63,864 nucleotides of DNA from Malacoraja senta (Eukaryota). Below are positions 38,391 to 51,513 of the stretch, in pieces; positions within the stretch are counted from its first letter, which is position 1, and the number at the start of each line of letters is the position of its first letter. The DNA is taken from NCBI GenBank assembly GCA_038087875.1, contig CM075986.1, positions 7,750,001 through 7,813,864 on the forward strand, read 5' to 3'. The translations under genes were made by a program, and so were the position numbers. The notes under the pieces were generated by a model. That model ran no database searches. It was given only the letters and a program-made list of their open reading frames with translations, and had not been told where the DNA came from.

Positions 38391-40719
38391 GTAAGTGGAT
38401 TTTTGTTTTAAGCATTTGTTGCTGTTCATTTGGCTTTGGTTTGGTAGTAATGTTTTCTGTTTCTGAGTGGGTGCAAGCACAGCCGTGTCCACTTATTTAA
38501 AATCAGCCGTGCCTTTCTCTTTGAACAATGCTGCTTTGTAATAGGCACTAGATCGTTCAAGCTTTCTCTTGTTTCCCCTTCTCTCTCTATTCAGAGTTAA
38601 AAGAGCAGAAAACAAAACCACGTGTTCTGTGACAAGGATCAGCATTCATCAATCTTTATATCCTTGAAACATTAATTCTCAAATATAGTTACTCATATTG
38701 CAACAATTTGAAGTGACAATCTAGAAATTCATTGGTGGGTATAATGGAAATTATTACTGATGTTAAAATGGCCTTTCTTGAGAGCAATATACTATTTACA
38801 TTGTTCCTTTATCCTCCTAAAATCTTGATCAAATGTATCATTGTGCATTTTTGAAGTGGTTGATGACTGATGTTGTATGAAACCATCTGATTGACTGACT
38901 GAAAGTATTAAAAATCTTGATTCTTTTTCTCGTTATGAAGGAAAGGAATATTCTCGATCTAAAGGGTTTTTGATTTATGGATACAAGGGGAATTTTGTTG
39001 ATTAGACTGCTTTTATGTATGTTATATTTTCTCAGCCGCACAGTTGAAGCACCATTATATCACGGAAAGAGACTATTCAGCCCTTTGAAGCAAAAAAAAC
39101 CTCAAGTGAAAGTCATAATTAAATCTGCTTCCATCAATCTTTGCAACACTGAATTCCAGATCCTAATTATTTGCTGAGGAAAACCAATTTCCTCTAGTCT
39201 ATTTTAATTCTTGTACTGGTACTCTTAAATCCATATCCACTGGTTCTAGACATTTCTGACAATGGAAACTGTTTCTCTTCCAGTTCTTTGTCTAGACTTT
39301 TTATGATTTCGAACATGTTTGTCAAATTTCCCTTCAACCTCTGAGTCTATGTGCTTGTGATGATACTGCAAGCACATTTTTGATTGTACCTGTACTTTAC
39401 GTAATAGTGCAAAGTCAATCTGACCTGACTTGATTTGGCGTAGCATGGTCTAAGTGAGAACCCCAGTTTATCCAGTCTATACATGTAATACAATTTCTCA
39501 TCCGTGCAACCACATGAGTAAATGCTTGTGAAGATCATTTTGCTTTTCATCGTTTTTCTAATTGAAAAGTTGATATTATTTATTCTGGGTTTTAAAAACG
39601 ATTTTACTCATGTCAAACCTACAAAGCAAACTCTTGTGCTGTAACCGAGATTTGCCTAACTCAAAAATTGAGTATTCGTAGCTACATGGAATGCTAGTCA
39701 GTACGATTTTCTGCTCTACTCTTGATTACGTTATGAGCTGTAAGACCTCTCCGAAATGAATTTCCTGATGCTTCATTATTGTGTGTTCATAGCTTGTATC
39801 AGCAACCCTTTTGAGATTATATCTGGGTGACCATTTTGAATCTTGAAATTGGGAACATTTTAATCTTTTGTGGGCTCTTTCCCTTAAGTAATCACTTGAC
39901 CTAGCAACTGTGACCAATGAGGAACGTGTCCTTGATTCTGCTGATTGCAAGTGGTTGCGACGGGCAGTTACAAAACTAGTAAAGGAATCACACTCGTTCT
40001 GCAATTCATTTTGTCCTCATCCCAAGGGTGACTTGACTAGCTCAAAAGTTAATCCACACCCCAGCAATAAATTCAAGCCTGCAACATTGATGGTTTTGAG
40101 GAATTACTTGGCGAAGTATGTTAGTGACTTTAACCTGCTGTACCATCTGTGCCACTTCTAGTGTTGCTGATTTGTGCTGGCAAATTTTGTGGAACTTTGT
40201 ACTCCTTTTAAGAGCTTTGAACTTTTTTTTACAATGGAAACATCTTATGCAAGTGCTAATTGCATGGTAACACACAGCAAGTACTCAGAACCGAGCTGTC
40301 TGCAAAGAAGAAATGTTATGTATCATGAATGTTTAATCAGAGTTTCACAGTGAATTATATTCTGTACATCTTGTAATAGTTTAGAAAGTACATCTAGGAT
40401 TTTTTCAGACCTTTTAAATTGATACAAGCATATTGTGTTGGTTTTAAAGGGATTAAAATTGTGTGATTGTATTTGGAGGCATTGGGATACATTGTAAACG
40501 GGACATGCATGTAGATAATGTCGAAAGATAATCTCATTTTGAAAGTCTTTGAACTCCTATTGGTCTGTCTGACTTGTATTCCCATATGGTAAAAATTATC
40601 TTTGAATAAAATGTCGATTTTAAGAGGTGTCTGGGTCTGCTAAAATACGGTATTAACAGTATGCATGTGAAAATTATCATGGGCCACAAACGACCATATT
40701 ACCTTGGTTGATGGAAATG

Positions 40720-41520
40720 CTAGCATTGAGATTAAATTAGCAGATTAAGAATTCAAAATCTTGGATTTATGACCCTAAAGTGAAGGTTCAAATCTCACTA
40801 TAGCAGTTAAAGAATTTAAATTTGTTAAATTTAAGTAATCTGGAGTAACAATCTAGTATTAACCATGGTGACCATGATCTGCATTTTCTTGAAAACCCAT
40901 CTGCTCCATTTGTGTCCTTTGGGTGAAGGAAGTCAGCTAGATTTTCTGGTAAAGTCTGCATGTGACTTCAGATACCTGGAAATGTAGTTGATACCTAATT
41001 GCCCCACTGAATGTTGTAGCAAGCCACTCATCTATACCCATTACATCAAAACATAATAAGCAAAATGCAAGTTGAACCACATGGAATAGAATTAAGCACC
41101 AGATTTGGACACCCCAACGGCACACCCTGCTCAGTAAATCCTGCAAGACCCTCCTCTTAAACACCTGGGACTGGTGTATAAATTGGGGAAAGCTGCCTCA
41201 CAGATTAATTAAATACAACGTGACATAATTGTACTCAATATGTTTCAGCTAAAGAACATTTCACATTCTTCTATCACGATCACTGGACATGTTCTGTACC
41301 ATTGGTGACATAGAATGTGATAGAGTGCTTCCTCTGACCTAAGTTTGTAAAAACCCACAGATACTTCAAACTTGATGTCATTCAGAATAAAGCAGCTTGT
41401 TTGATTGATAGCCCATTTCACCCCAATCTAACTATTCACTCTCTCTTTCTCCCTCCATTCTCACACTGCAATGTGTACCATCCATAGAAGGCACTGTTGC
41501 AAGGTCTTTTCAACAGCACA
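40720..41520 (+). mobile_element. tRNA-headed, internally deleted LINE derivative
   Basis: Box-B-like GGTTCAAATCTC at ~40786. A frameshifted APE-endonuclease start (GLVYKLG/KLPHRLIK/QRDIIVL) lies at 41165-41240 and an RT C-terminal relic (KLDVIQNKAACLI...CTIHRRHC) at 41365-41500. Confidence 0.55.
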
Positions 41521-43469
41521 TGGATTTTGGTGAGATTACATGAGTACTAAGTTGGCTTTTGGTCACTGCCCCTACAAAAGGATATATTTGCTGTGAAGGT
41601 AGTTATGGTTGATCCACGGGATTGCTGTTTCCAATGAAGGGTTAGCACTGTGAGGAATGATTGAGTAAGATTAGTCTATAATCACTGAAGTTTAGAAGAA
41701 TTATTTTCTCTTTCACATGGCATGTTGAAACTTGCACAAAAATTAACATTTGATTCAGATGCCTAGCACTAGCCTTGAGCTGAATTTCTTGGGGACATTT
41801 AGCAAAACAAAAATGGAGCATGAGGTGATGTGTTTACGATTGTGCCGGATGACTACAGTCACACGGTTGAAGATGGTTTGTCCATGTTTCCCATGAGATA
41901 TCCGGTTGTGATCCAGTCTTTCCAATTTTGGTTATGGTCGGCTGGCTTCTCAGTTGGATAAACGATGAGATGTGTAATTCTAGCTGTTGAAATGCTCCAT
42001 CCATCAGGTCCTGCATTGTGCTGAAAAAGCAAGGTTGCTTGTGAGGATCTTGATCTGGTATTCTGTAGGATTGAAGAACTATAGTTATGGCTTTGGTGAG
42101 ATTCGCAAGACTTTGTGCAATGGCGTCTATGTTTATATTGATATAGTTGGAGATAAGCGAAGTTGTTCTGATTTGTGAAAGCCAGAATCAGGAGTCGGTC
42201 AACTGGAGCTGCTATGAGTTTCTCATCTTTCTGCGCATCTGATTATTGAGTTTTCAACCATCAACCAGGAGGTTAATCTCAGATATCTCCATGTTAAACT
42301 GGACCAGAGCTTGACCTAACAACACCTCAAGAATGCCCATGCTACAAATAGAAAAAGATGGAATCACTGAACAGATCAGGTTGAGGAGTAAGAGACAGGA
42401 TTACATTTTCAGGTTGGGACCTTTCGTCAGAACTTGAAAAGGTTAGAAAGCAAACATAATTTAAGTTGCAGGGAAAGGTAATAGAACAAATGGAATGAAT
42501 GTCAGTGATCGGCTGGAGTGAAAGAGGGACAATGCAAATAATAGAGGCTGGGATAACAGTAACTTTCAAACTTGCTAATTAGTACAAGAACAACTAGTAA
42601 TGGTTAAAGAGCACAGTTTCACTTGCAGTATTGTCAGACTACAGAAAACCCTACAAAGTAGTCATCTTCAACCTTTCTGTTCTGGGAATGGTGTGTCTGC
42701 TGGAAATACTCATTGAGAATACTCATTGACAAACCTGCAAAGAAAGAATTATTTTTCTCATTCCAGCTCAAAATGATGTGCTGAGAGGTGTGATTGTGAA
42801 CAAATGCATCAGATAGCAGAAGTAATACGTATGCAGCTGGTAAAAGGAAAGTGTTTGTTGCATTGTCTACCAAAATTTCAGACTAGGTGCCGGGAAAAAA
42901 TGTTAACACATTGAATGTTTCCTCTTGTCCTACCCTTCCTTGTTTCCTTCTCCTTTGTGTAGACCTACTAATTCCAGAGGTTTGCTGAAGAAGCAAGTGT
43001 TGACCTCGCAGCATATCCTGAGGAACTGATGACTCGCAGTGCATGAAAGGGTAACCTTACTGAGGGTAGACAAACATAATATCTTGTGATGACAAGCAGC
43101 ACAAAATGTATTTTCCATTTCTTTAATGGACAAGTATTTTATAATCCCTGTAAATCTTTGTATAGTTTGTAGTACAATTTCCATGAAAATATAAATGATC
43201 ATTAATCAGGCAATGTCTTGCTTTGTTGGGTAAATTTCCTGTTATGCATATTATGATACAACAATTGCTGCTGCTTTTCTGCAACTCAGTAATAGAAAAG
43301 GGACATGTAAACAGGATTTTACTTGGGTCACTTTAAGTTCCTGTTTTTTTGCTCACTTTTTACACTGATTTCCAGATTTATCCTTCTCTGAGATTTTTTT
43401 TTCTGATTACTATCAACAATAAGAATTAATATTGAACCAAATCTTCTTTGTATGAATGTTTAATTGAGA

Positions 43470-43810
43470 ACAGTTTATTGTCATACACAGGGGTGCATTG
43501 AAATTCCTTGTTTGCATGAAGCTCATAGAGTAAGCAGTATACAGTAATGATAGATATTGCAATAAATACAATAATGAATGCACTGCAGTGAAATGGTGTA
43601 AAGTTTGTACTGCAATCTGATGTGGTACAGAAAAAGTGCTAAAGTGTAATGATGGCGGTTAAGAGCAGAACAGTTGCCATACCAAACTGAGAAGCATCCT
43701 GTCAAAATATTTTCTATAGTGCGAGAGATTCCTCATAAAGATGCTGAATTCCCACAGGTGCCCAAGAAAGTAAATACGCTGATACACTTTCTTGATCACC
43801 ACATCATTGT
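43470..43810 (-). mobile_element. Rex1/Babar LINE 3' fragment
   Basis: ORFs 43659-43871 (VIKKVYQRIYFL) and 43523-43705 (TGCFSVWYGNCSA). Confidence 0.8.
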
Positions 43811-46314
43811 GAAGACAGCAGATTGAGTTGCTGGTGATATGTATGAATGCCTCGCAACCTGAAGCTGTCATCCATTTCTACAGCAAGATTTTCTAATATT
43901 TAAAAACTAACTAATGATTACACAAATATTGGATAAATTAATCCAGACTTTGACATCTTATTAAATGTTAACAGAAGGTTCATGCTATTGTATTCAATTA
44001 TTAAGGCACGGAAACAGTTTAGTGAGCGGTGGGTGGTGTTGTAGCAGTTAAATTAATGGACAAACAAATTTAGAAATTTAGCTCAATTCCAACCACAGCA
44101 GTTATGAAATTTAAATCTACTTAATAATCAGGAACTATTGGAAAAACTCAACGTTGTTTAATGTCCTTCGGTGGAGGTAACCTTCCCTGTAATGCCTTAT
44201 GTGATAAGATGTTTTTATTATTATGTCTAAACTCTGCTCCCATAGTTTAGTTTAGTACATTATTGTCACTTGTACCAAGGTACAGCGAAAAGTTTTTTGT
44301 TGCGTGCTTTCCATGCAAGGAAAAAAGTTGCAACCATTTCTGGGTCAATTTGTCATTTCAGAAATTCAACCAGGAACTTCCGGGCCTGACCTAATTTCTG
44401 CATCATTTTGCAGGAGATGACTTTGTTTCCTGGAAGGCATCCCTTTGGGAGCATGTTAGGGTAAATTTGACTAAGATGCCCTGGGAGTGTCGACCATCGG
44501 GCTTTCTTGGGACAATTAAATCGTCACAATTCTCTTCAGTTTAACCAGAATTTGCGTCTCTAAAACTTGTTTGCCTTATTAAAGGTTCAAAAACCATATT
44601 GACAAGCCAAAGATTTTGATTTAATTTCTTGATTTTTAGCATTAAAATTATACACAAAAATGAGCAATCTTGTATTGTAAAGTTTCAACCTGCAAAAGCA
44701 ATTCATTTTTGCATGTTTTAATTGTGTTGTGGGTGGACGGATGTGATTTTGAATTGCGTATATTGTACATACGTTTGTTAGGTCAGCAACAACTGGACAA
44801 AATTACCACATCATTTTGGAGGATGAATGATCTCTTTGAGATACAAATTTAGCAAAATGTCTTGAATCATACTTTCAGGTCAATTGACAGTTCATGAAAA
44901 CTGATCATTAAAAGGCAGGATCATCTTATACAAATATTATCATAAAAGTGAGATAGTACTTTGAAATCACTTACCATGTTGTGTTGTTGATTAAAATAAT
45001 TCAGGAAAGGGTCATATGAAATTCAAGATGTGGCGTCCTATCAGTAACACATTGGTTTTGGTACTGCATTGAGTGTCTGTAGATAAATCACTTTCCTTTG
45101 AGGAAAAAGACGTGACTTTGAACTGAGCAAAGTGAAGGATACTCTGTCTGGAATTGGAACATTTCTCTTTTCACATATCTCAAATTATGGCATTATATGA
45201 ATGGGTTGCAATGTATAGCTGCCTCCATGCATTTCCAGCTGAGTTTCTAAAGACCTCTTCCTGCTGTGTTTCTGGGAATTTTGTTTTAATCATCACACCT
45301 GCGCCATGTAATGATAGGAAACAACCAGACTGATTTTAAAAGAAGGGCGTGCAAAGCTGTGTAGATAATTAAAAGTTGCATTATGACAATTAATTTGAAA
45401 TTGTTTCAGACATCACCGTTATTCATCTCTTATTTTAATAGTAATTCACTTGAAAGTGAATTTTCATCTCTGTTCACTTTGATTTGAATAATATTCTGAT
45501 CTTATGAAGATATGTTCCTCCATTAAATTGTGTTATGACAAAGTTGTCAAAGGTGCGGTTTGAAAATCTAACCTTGAGAAATTATATAAACCTTGTATTT
45601 ATGTAGGCCTTCTTAATGTAAACATTTATAATTTTATGCACTTTTGTTTGAGGTAAGAAATTAGTAGTATTAGATTGTAAGTTTCGATGAAAAGCAGTGT
45701 TAGCGATGAAAGCAAATACTATATATTCGAATCAGAACAGTCAATAACCTAAATATTATAGAACTGAGAAATTATCACCACAAACATTGTGGTACTTTAT
45801 CTTAATATGGGACTGATGTAACATGAATTGTCTTGATATGTTACCATACCGTCCACTTAGTTTACTTTTTAGTTCCTCCAGCCATTCTCTTAAAGATTTT
45901 GAAATTCTATCATTTTTTCATCATCTTTAAATATTACCACTTTATTCAGAAGCCATGTTGGATAACTCATTGATTTTTTTTAATGCATTCTTGCTGCAGG
46001 AAGCATGTTACCTTGCTTGCACGTTCCTTGTGTCTTGTTATTACACATTTTTGGAACTCACATCTGTTGATCTGTTGAAGTACTTTGTTGTGGAGTTTAT
46101 TTTAATCGCATTATCGTTTTGTGTTGGGGTATTATTAGACATTGGACTGTTAAATGTGTTGGGGGTTTTTTTCTTCTCATTCTCCTCTTCACTTCAGCTC
46201 CCATGGTTTCAATTTTGGCTTATGCCATTGTGGGTAAGATTACACAATTAACCTAATAAAACCGAACAGTGGGACTTCATTCATCTTTTTAGGAAAGTGA
46301 AGGGTTATCAAATT

Positions 46315-46381
46315 GTGAATTGTCTGAAGCAGAGATGCTGCCTGACCGGCTGAGTTACTCCAGCACTTTGTGTCTATCTTT
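46315..46381 (+). mobile_element. Penelope-derived insertion with hammerhead core deleted; 11-bp TSD
   Basis: GTCTGAAG joined directly to CAGAGATGCTGCCTGACC. Flanked by GTTATCAAATT at 46304-46314 and 46382-46392. Confidence 0.8.
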
Positions 46382-46414
46382 GTTATCAAATTCAATATCA
46401 CCTATATTTATAAC

Positions 46415-46550
46415 ATGTTTAAGAAAGAACTGCAGATGCTGGAAAAATCGAAGGTAGACTAAAATGCTGGAGGAACTCAGCGGGTGAGTCAGCATCTATG
46501 GAGAGAAGGAATAGGTGACTTTTGGGTCGAGACCCTTCTTCAGACTGATC
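46415..46550 (-). mobile_element. Penelope-derived short repeat
   Basis: Minus strand ATCAGTCTGAAGAAGGGTCTCGACCCAAAAGTCACC...CAGCATCTGCAGTTCTTTCTTAAACA. Confidence 0.9.
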
Positions 46551-47369
46551 AGATTGGTTGATTGTTCTGAATATTGAGTTTTTCCTCAGAGTTTAACATT
46601 GGTTGTAGTGTATATAATATTAACTGTACCTTTAAGAACTGAGCAGCAGATGGTGTGATTTGAGATGTGATATATTCATTATCTTATCAGTCTCATGAAT
46701 ATGTGCGTGAGTATGAGCAGTGTACTTTTGTAAAATAAAGAAGAGCAATTGCTTGACTGAAACGTCTGTCTGTTTCTGTCTACATGCCACTGCTGTAATA
46801 TCTTACAGTCCTAATGTATCCTCTAGATTGTTGCCTTTCATTTGTAGCCAAAATTCCATGTCTGTAAGTTATTTTAATTTGTAAGATCAGCAAATGTTAT
46901 TGACCATTAGCTGTGCACTTATCTACTGAGAACTTCCAGGGATTACTAGAATGAATTATTGTCATTTATCAGTCGTGTTTCGCTTGAGTTTGTGTTTAAA
47001 CTTTTGCCTTGGTATGTGCTCTATGCCTGTCACTTCAATAGAGGATTGCTGTAAGTTTTAAACCAGCACCTGGTGCACAGTGTCAGATCTCAACAACTGC
47101 CACTAAGAAAATATGTGAAAACTCTTTTGTTTTATAGTTTAGAATAAGTAAATGTATAGATATTGTATTCGAAGCAGTACTGTATAAAATAAAAATATCC
47201 TTTTAATTATACAGCATCTTTAATCACAAATCACTTCAATGTCTGTACCTGGTCCTGAAATGTTGTCACTTTTGCAATGTAGGAACTAAAGCAGCGAGAT
47301 AGATTGTAATTTGGTGATTCTGAATGAGGCATTTGGTTTTGGAGTGGTGCCACAGGTTGGAACAATGAC

Positions 47370-47870
47370 TAACACATTTGTGGTAGGCAGGTTAATGGAG
47401 AGGATTCTGGGGGATAAGATGTATATGCATTTGGATAGACAAGGGAGTTGATTAGTGATGGTCAGCATGGCTTAGTATGTGGGAGATCGTGTCCTACGAA
47501 TATGAGTTTTTTTGAATAAGTAACCAAAAATGTTGATGAGGGCAAAGCTGTAGAAATTGTTTAAATGGACTTTAGCAAGGCATTTGGTTAGGTTCTGCAG
47601 GGTAGACTGTCATGGGATCCAGGGAGAGCTAGGCGACTGGATAGTGAATTGGCTTCATGGAAGGAAGCAGAGGGAGATGGTGGAAGATTGGAGGCCTGTA
47701 ACTAGGTGTGGTTAAGGGATCAGTGCTGGGCCCATTGGTTTTTGTGGTTTAGATGAGAATATAGAAGGCATGATTTGTAAGTTTGCAGATTACACTAAAA
47801 GGGTGGTATCATAGATAGCGAAGAAGGTTATCAAAAATTACAACAGGATCTTGATCATTTGGGTGAGTGT
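47370..47870 (+). mobile_element. CR1 RT fragment
   Basis: MDFSKAF, GSVLGP and KFADYTK motifs. Confidence 0.85.
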
Positions 47871-47974
47871 GCTGGGTTCTACGTGACTGAGCAAGCCTCA
47901 GCTGTCTCCCAACTTTGAAAACTGGAAACTGTATGTATATTTATATAACATAGTACAGGTAAGTTTATACAGTC

Positions 47975-48545
47975 AAGCATCGAGAGTGTTTTATTGTCCT
48001 ATGTCCCAAAACGGAACAATGACATTCTTACTTGCAGCAGCACAACAAATTTGTAAATATAGCATCTGTAAAACCCATAATAAACATTAAAAAACCAACC
48101 TGAGAAATAAATAAACAATAAAAATGCAAAGTCAAAAATAATGTCCCTGTCTATAGTTCAGAGCCTATTTGGAGGTTGTAGTGTTTAATAGCCAGGTGGT
48201 TGTAGTGAAGAAGCTGTTCCTGAACCTTGACGTTGCAGTTTTCAGGCTCCTGTACTTTCTTCCTGATGGCTGGAGTGAAATGAGAGTGTGGCCTGGGTGG
48301 TGGGGGTCTGTGATGATGCTGGCTGCCTTTTTGAGGAAGCGACTCTTGTAGATCCGTCTGATGGTGGGGAGGTTAGAACCCGTGATGGACTGGGCAGTGT
48401 TCACCCCTTTATGTAATCTTCATTCCTGGGTGATCAAAGCTAAACCAGGCCTTGATGCAACCGAGGCTCTCCACTGTACACCTGTAGAAGTTCAAGAGAG
48501 TATTTATTGACATACTAAATCCCCTCAATCTTCTAAGAAGTAGAG
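47975..48545 (-). mobile_element. Rex1/Babar LINE 3' fragment
   Basis: ORF 48165-48404 includes KKAASIITDPHHPGHTLISLQPSGRKYRSLKTATSRFRNSFF. Confidence 0.9.
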
Positions 48546-49591
48546 GCCTTTGTTGGTATCTATGCTGTTCAGTAGGGTAATGCGTCGCAATATGTGATAG
48601 CCTTTTAATATTTAAAGAATGTTTAGTTATTTAATAGTATATCTCAATAATTATTGTAAATAATCTATAACTGCATAATAAGTCTGTTCATATCTAATGT
48701 CGCTGGTACATAACCTGCTCAAAGCTGCTAGTTTATTCTGTAATGTAAAATAGGAAATTTAAACGTTAAAATTCAGCTTTTAATGATGATGCATTGGCAA
48801 ATAATTTTGCATATATGGTTTTTCAAGTCCTTTCACCCTTGGATTAAATGTTTGAGTATTTCTGTACTTAGCCTGCTAATTCAGCAATATGGTATAATAA
48901 CTGCTTTTGACATTATTATTTAGCTATTACTTTATAAATTGCTCCCTGTATGTTAATAAAACTATTGACTTCAACAACTTAAATTCTTGCTTCTCATTGA
49001 ATGCAGATATTATCTATAGTTTTATAGTCTTTCCACTGAATCCACATGGAAAAGATTCCTGGAGAGTCCTTTCTTCATGTCATTCTGTCACCCTTTTCTT
49101 CCAAGCTGAAAAGGGTGGAGGAAATAACTGAGATGCTGGATTTGGCTGTTATGAATAATTGTTGGATGTTTTAATGCATTTTATTTTGGAAGTAAACTTT
49201 TAGGGAGAACATTGCAGAAGTTTTATATTAAGACTCCTCCCACTCTTGTTCTGCTTTCAGACGCAAATCCTCAGTAATACTCGTTGCTAGGCAGACATTT
49301 ATTAGGTTTCTGCTGCTTGGTGGAATTGTAGGAAAAGTGCTGTGGTTGTTGCAGTTAAATAAACTTTGGTTCTGTGAGATTTTTTACTGACTACTGCCAT
49401 AGCAACTACTTAAATACAAGGATTGCTAAACCTGTAATCTGTTGAAAAAGGGGAACAGTTCATCATCTATATATGATACTAATTATATGATGCTAATTTG
49501 GAGAGGAAGACTCATGAATGAGTCATGAAGCAGGAGAAACAGAGGTCCAATATTATGTTCTTATTGTACAAGAGTTCTGCCAGATATCCAT

Positions 49592-50332
49592 CAGAATCAG
49601 ATTTTATTCGCCAAGTATGTTTTGCAACATACGAGGAATTTCACTGGCCAGGTCAGTCATACAATTAAAAGCAACAGACTCAAAAACACATTTTAACATG
49701 AACATCCACCACAGTGACTCCTACATATTCCTCACTGTAATGGAAGGCGAAATAAAGTTCAAGTCCTTCCTTTTGTTCTTCCTCGGTCGGGGGCCTCGAG
49801 CCCTCCGTTGACGGGACAGTCTTGACTCCTGTAGCCGGCGGCGTTCGGGTCCTCCGCGTCGAGGCGTTCAGCTCCCGCATCGGGTGGTTGTCAGCTCCCC
49901 GCGCCGGGCGATCGAACCTCGCGTCGGGGCTGGTCGAACCTTCTGTGGCGTTGGAGCTCCCGACTAGCCTCTCCCGAGACTGCGAGCCCTTGATGGTAAG
50001 TCCGCAGGCCGCGGTGGGAGCGATCCCAGGCAAGGGATCCGCTCCGATGTTAAGTCCGTGCCCCGCGGTGGGGCTCACGACAGTCCGAGGAGGCCTCCAG
50101 CTCCAGCGATGGTAGGCCGCAGAGCCTGGAGAATGTGATCCGAAAATTGATCTCATCTCCGGGAAGGTAGGAACTTGAAAAAAAGTTTCCCCCGATCCCC
50201 TCCCCCCACATAAAACAAACCGAAGTACATTAAAACAAACTTTTAACAAACGCTAAAAATAACAAAAGATGAAAAAACGAACAGACTGCCGGCAGGGCTG
50301 CCATCTCCCTGGCGCCCCTGGTGGTCTTCATT
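49592..50332 (-). mobile_element. Non-autonomous ~740-bp GC-rich retroelement with Rex1/Babar-type 3' end (copy 2)
   Basis: Colinear with 19588-20300, has a (TCTGAT)n tail, and is flanked by the 8-bp direct repeat ATATCCAT (49584-49591 and 50333-50340). Confidence 0.8.
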
Positions 50333-51513
50333 ATATCCATTATGCCATGTATCCTGGATTTTATTTTGTCATGCATTGAAAGTAACTTTGTAAAGGGTGG
50401 GAAGGCTAACAACTGGGCCTTGAGAATGTAAAGAATTTCAATATTAACCAAAAAGCAAAAAACAAAAAGATGTGGATAAATAAAACAAAAAAATTGTGGG
50501 GAAAATGGGGCACTGTTTCAGGTTGATTTTTCATCAGAGCGAGGAACATTTTGAAATTGAGCAGTTAATTCATTAGTGTTTGGGAGTTCACAGTTGTACA
50601 TAGAAGACTCTTGAAGAGATTAAATGTTTGGAATAGCGTCCATGAAATAATTGGATTGTAGATGGTACAATGGGAAAGATTAGTCAGTTGAACACCAATC
50701 TCTGCTACCCTTCATCGTTTGTGTCTGTGCGTCTGTGTCTGCGTGTGTGTGTGAGAGATGGCAGAATGCATGGAAACAAATGTTTCAAGAGCTTGTTATT
50801 ACTCTAACAGAACAGGAAAAGATCTGATTCAAGGTTGGATAGTATTTATAACTTTGGTGTTTCCCAATAATGGTCAGTCTTTTCCTGTAAACTGTGCATT
50901 CTTTTCCTGTAGTTTAGCAGTGTCATCAGCTGGGAAACGTTGGGAGTGACCATTATGAATGTGAGTGTTTAAAAGTTCTACATTAAATGCACTGTAAAGT
51001 GACAATGTTTGCCCAGAAATATGACTTCTTTTGCTTTTGGTTGGCTAAAACATTTTGAGCTCCATGCTCCACCAATCGGTCAGAGATATTTGGAACAAAA
51101 TTAGGCTGGTTTACATCCAAATCAGAAGCTTTAAAATGTGACCCAAGCAAATTCCAACATTTTTCGAAATCAGCAGACTACAACAATGCATATGCTTCAG
51201 GGGAGAGGTAAGAGCTTGCAGATTTATCAGAAGGGACAGAGATATCCTGATCAATGCGACATCTATCAGGGTGAGATGCAGTGCACATGTACATGTTTAT
51301 GAAGGCATTACGAAGGAGGCCATTCTATCTTTCAGATTTACATTCATAATTTCACGCTAATCCAGGTCTGTCCCTGTTATAAAAAAGCAGTTTGAAGCTC
51401 TTCAGGAACATACCATTTGTGAACAGATTATTCCTCTTAGTGGACATCGGGATAGAGCCCATGAGCAGCTTGTGTTTTTACAGGAGAAGGGGGTGCTACA
51501 CATGAGCAGCTGA

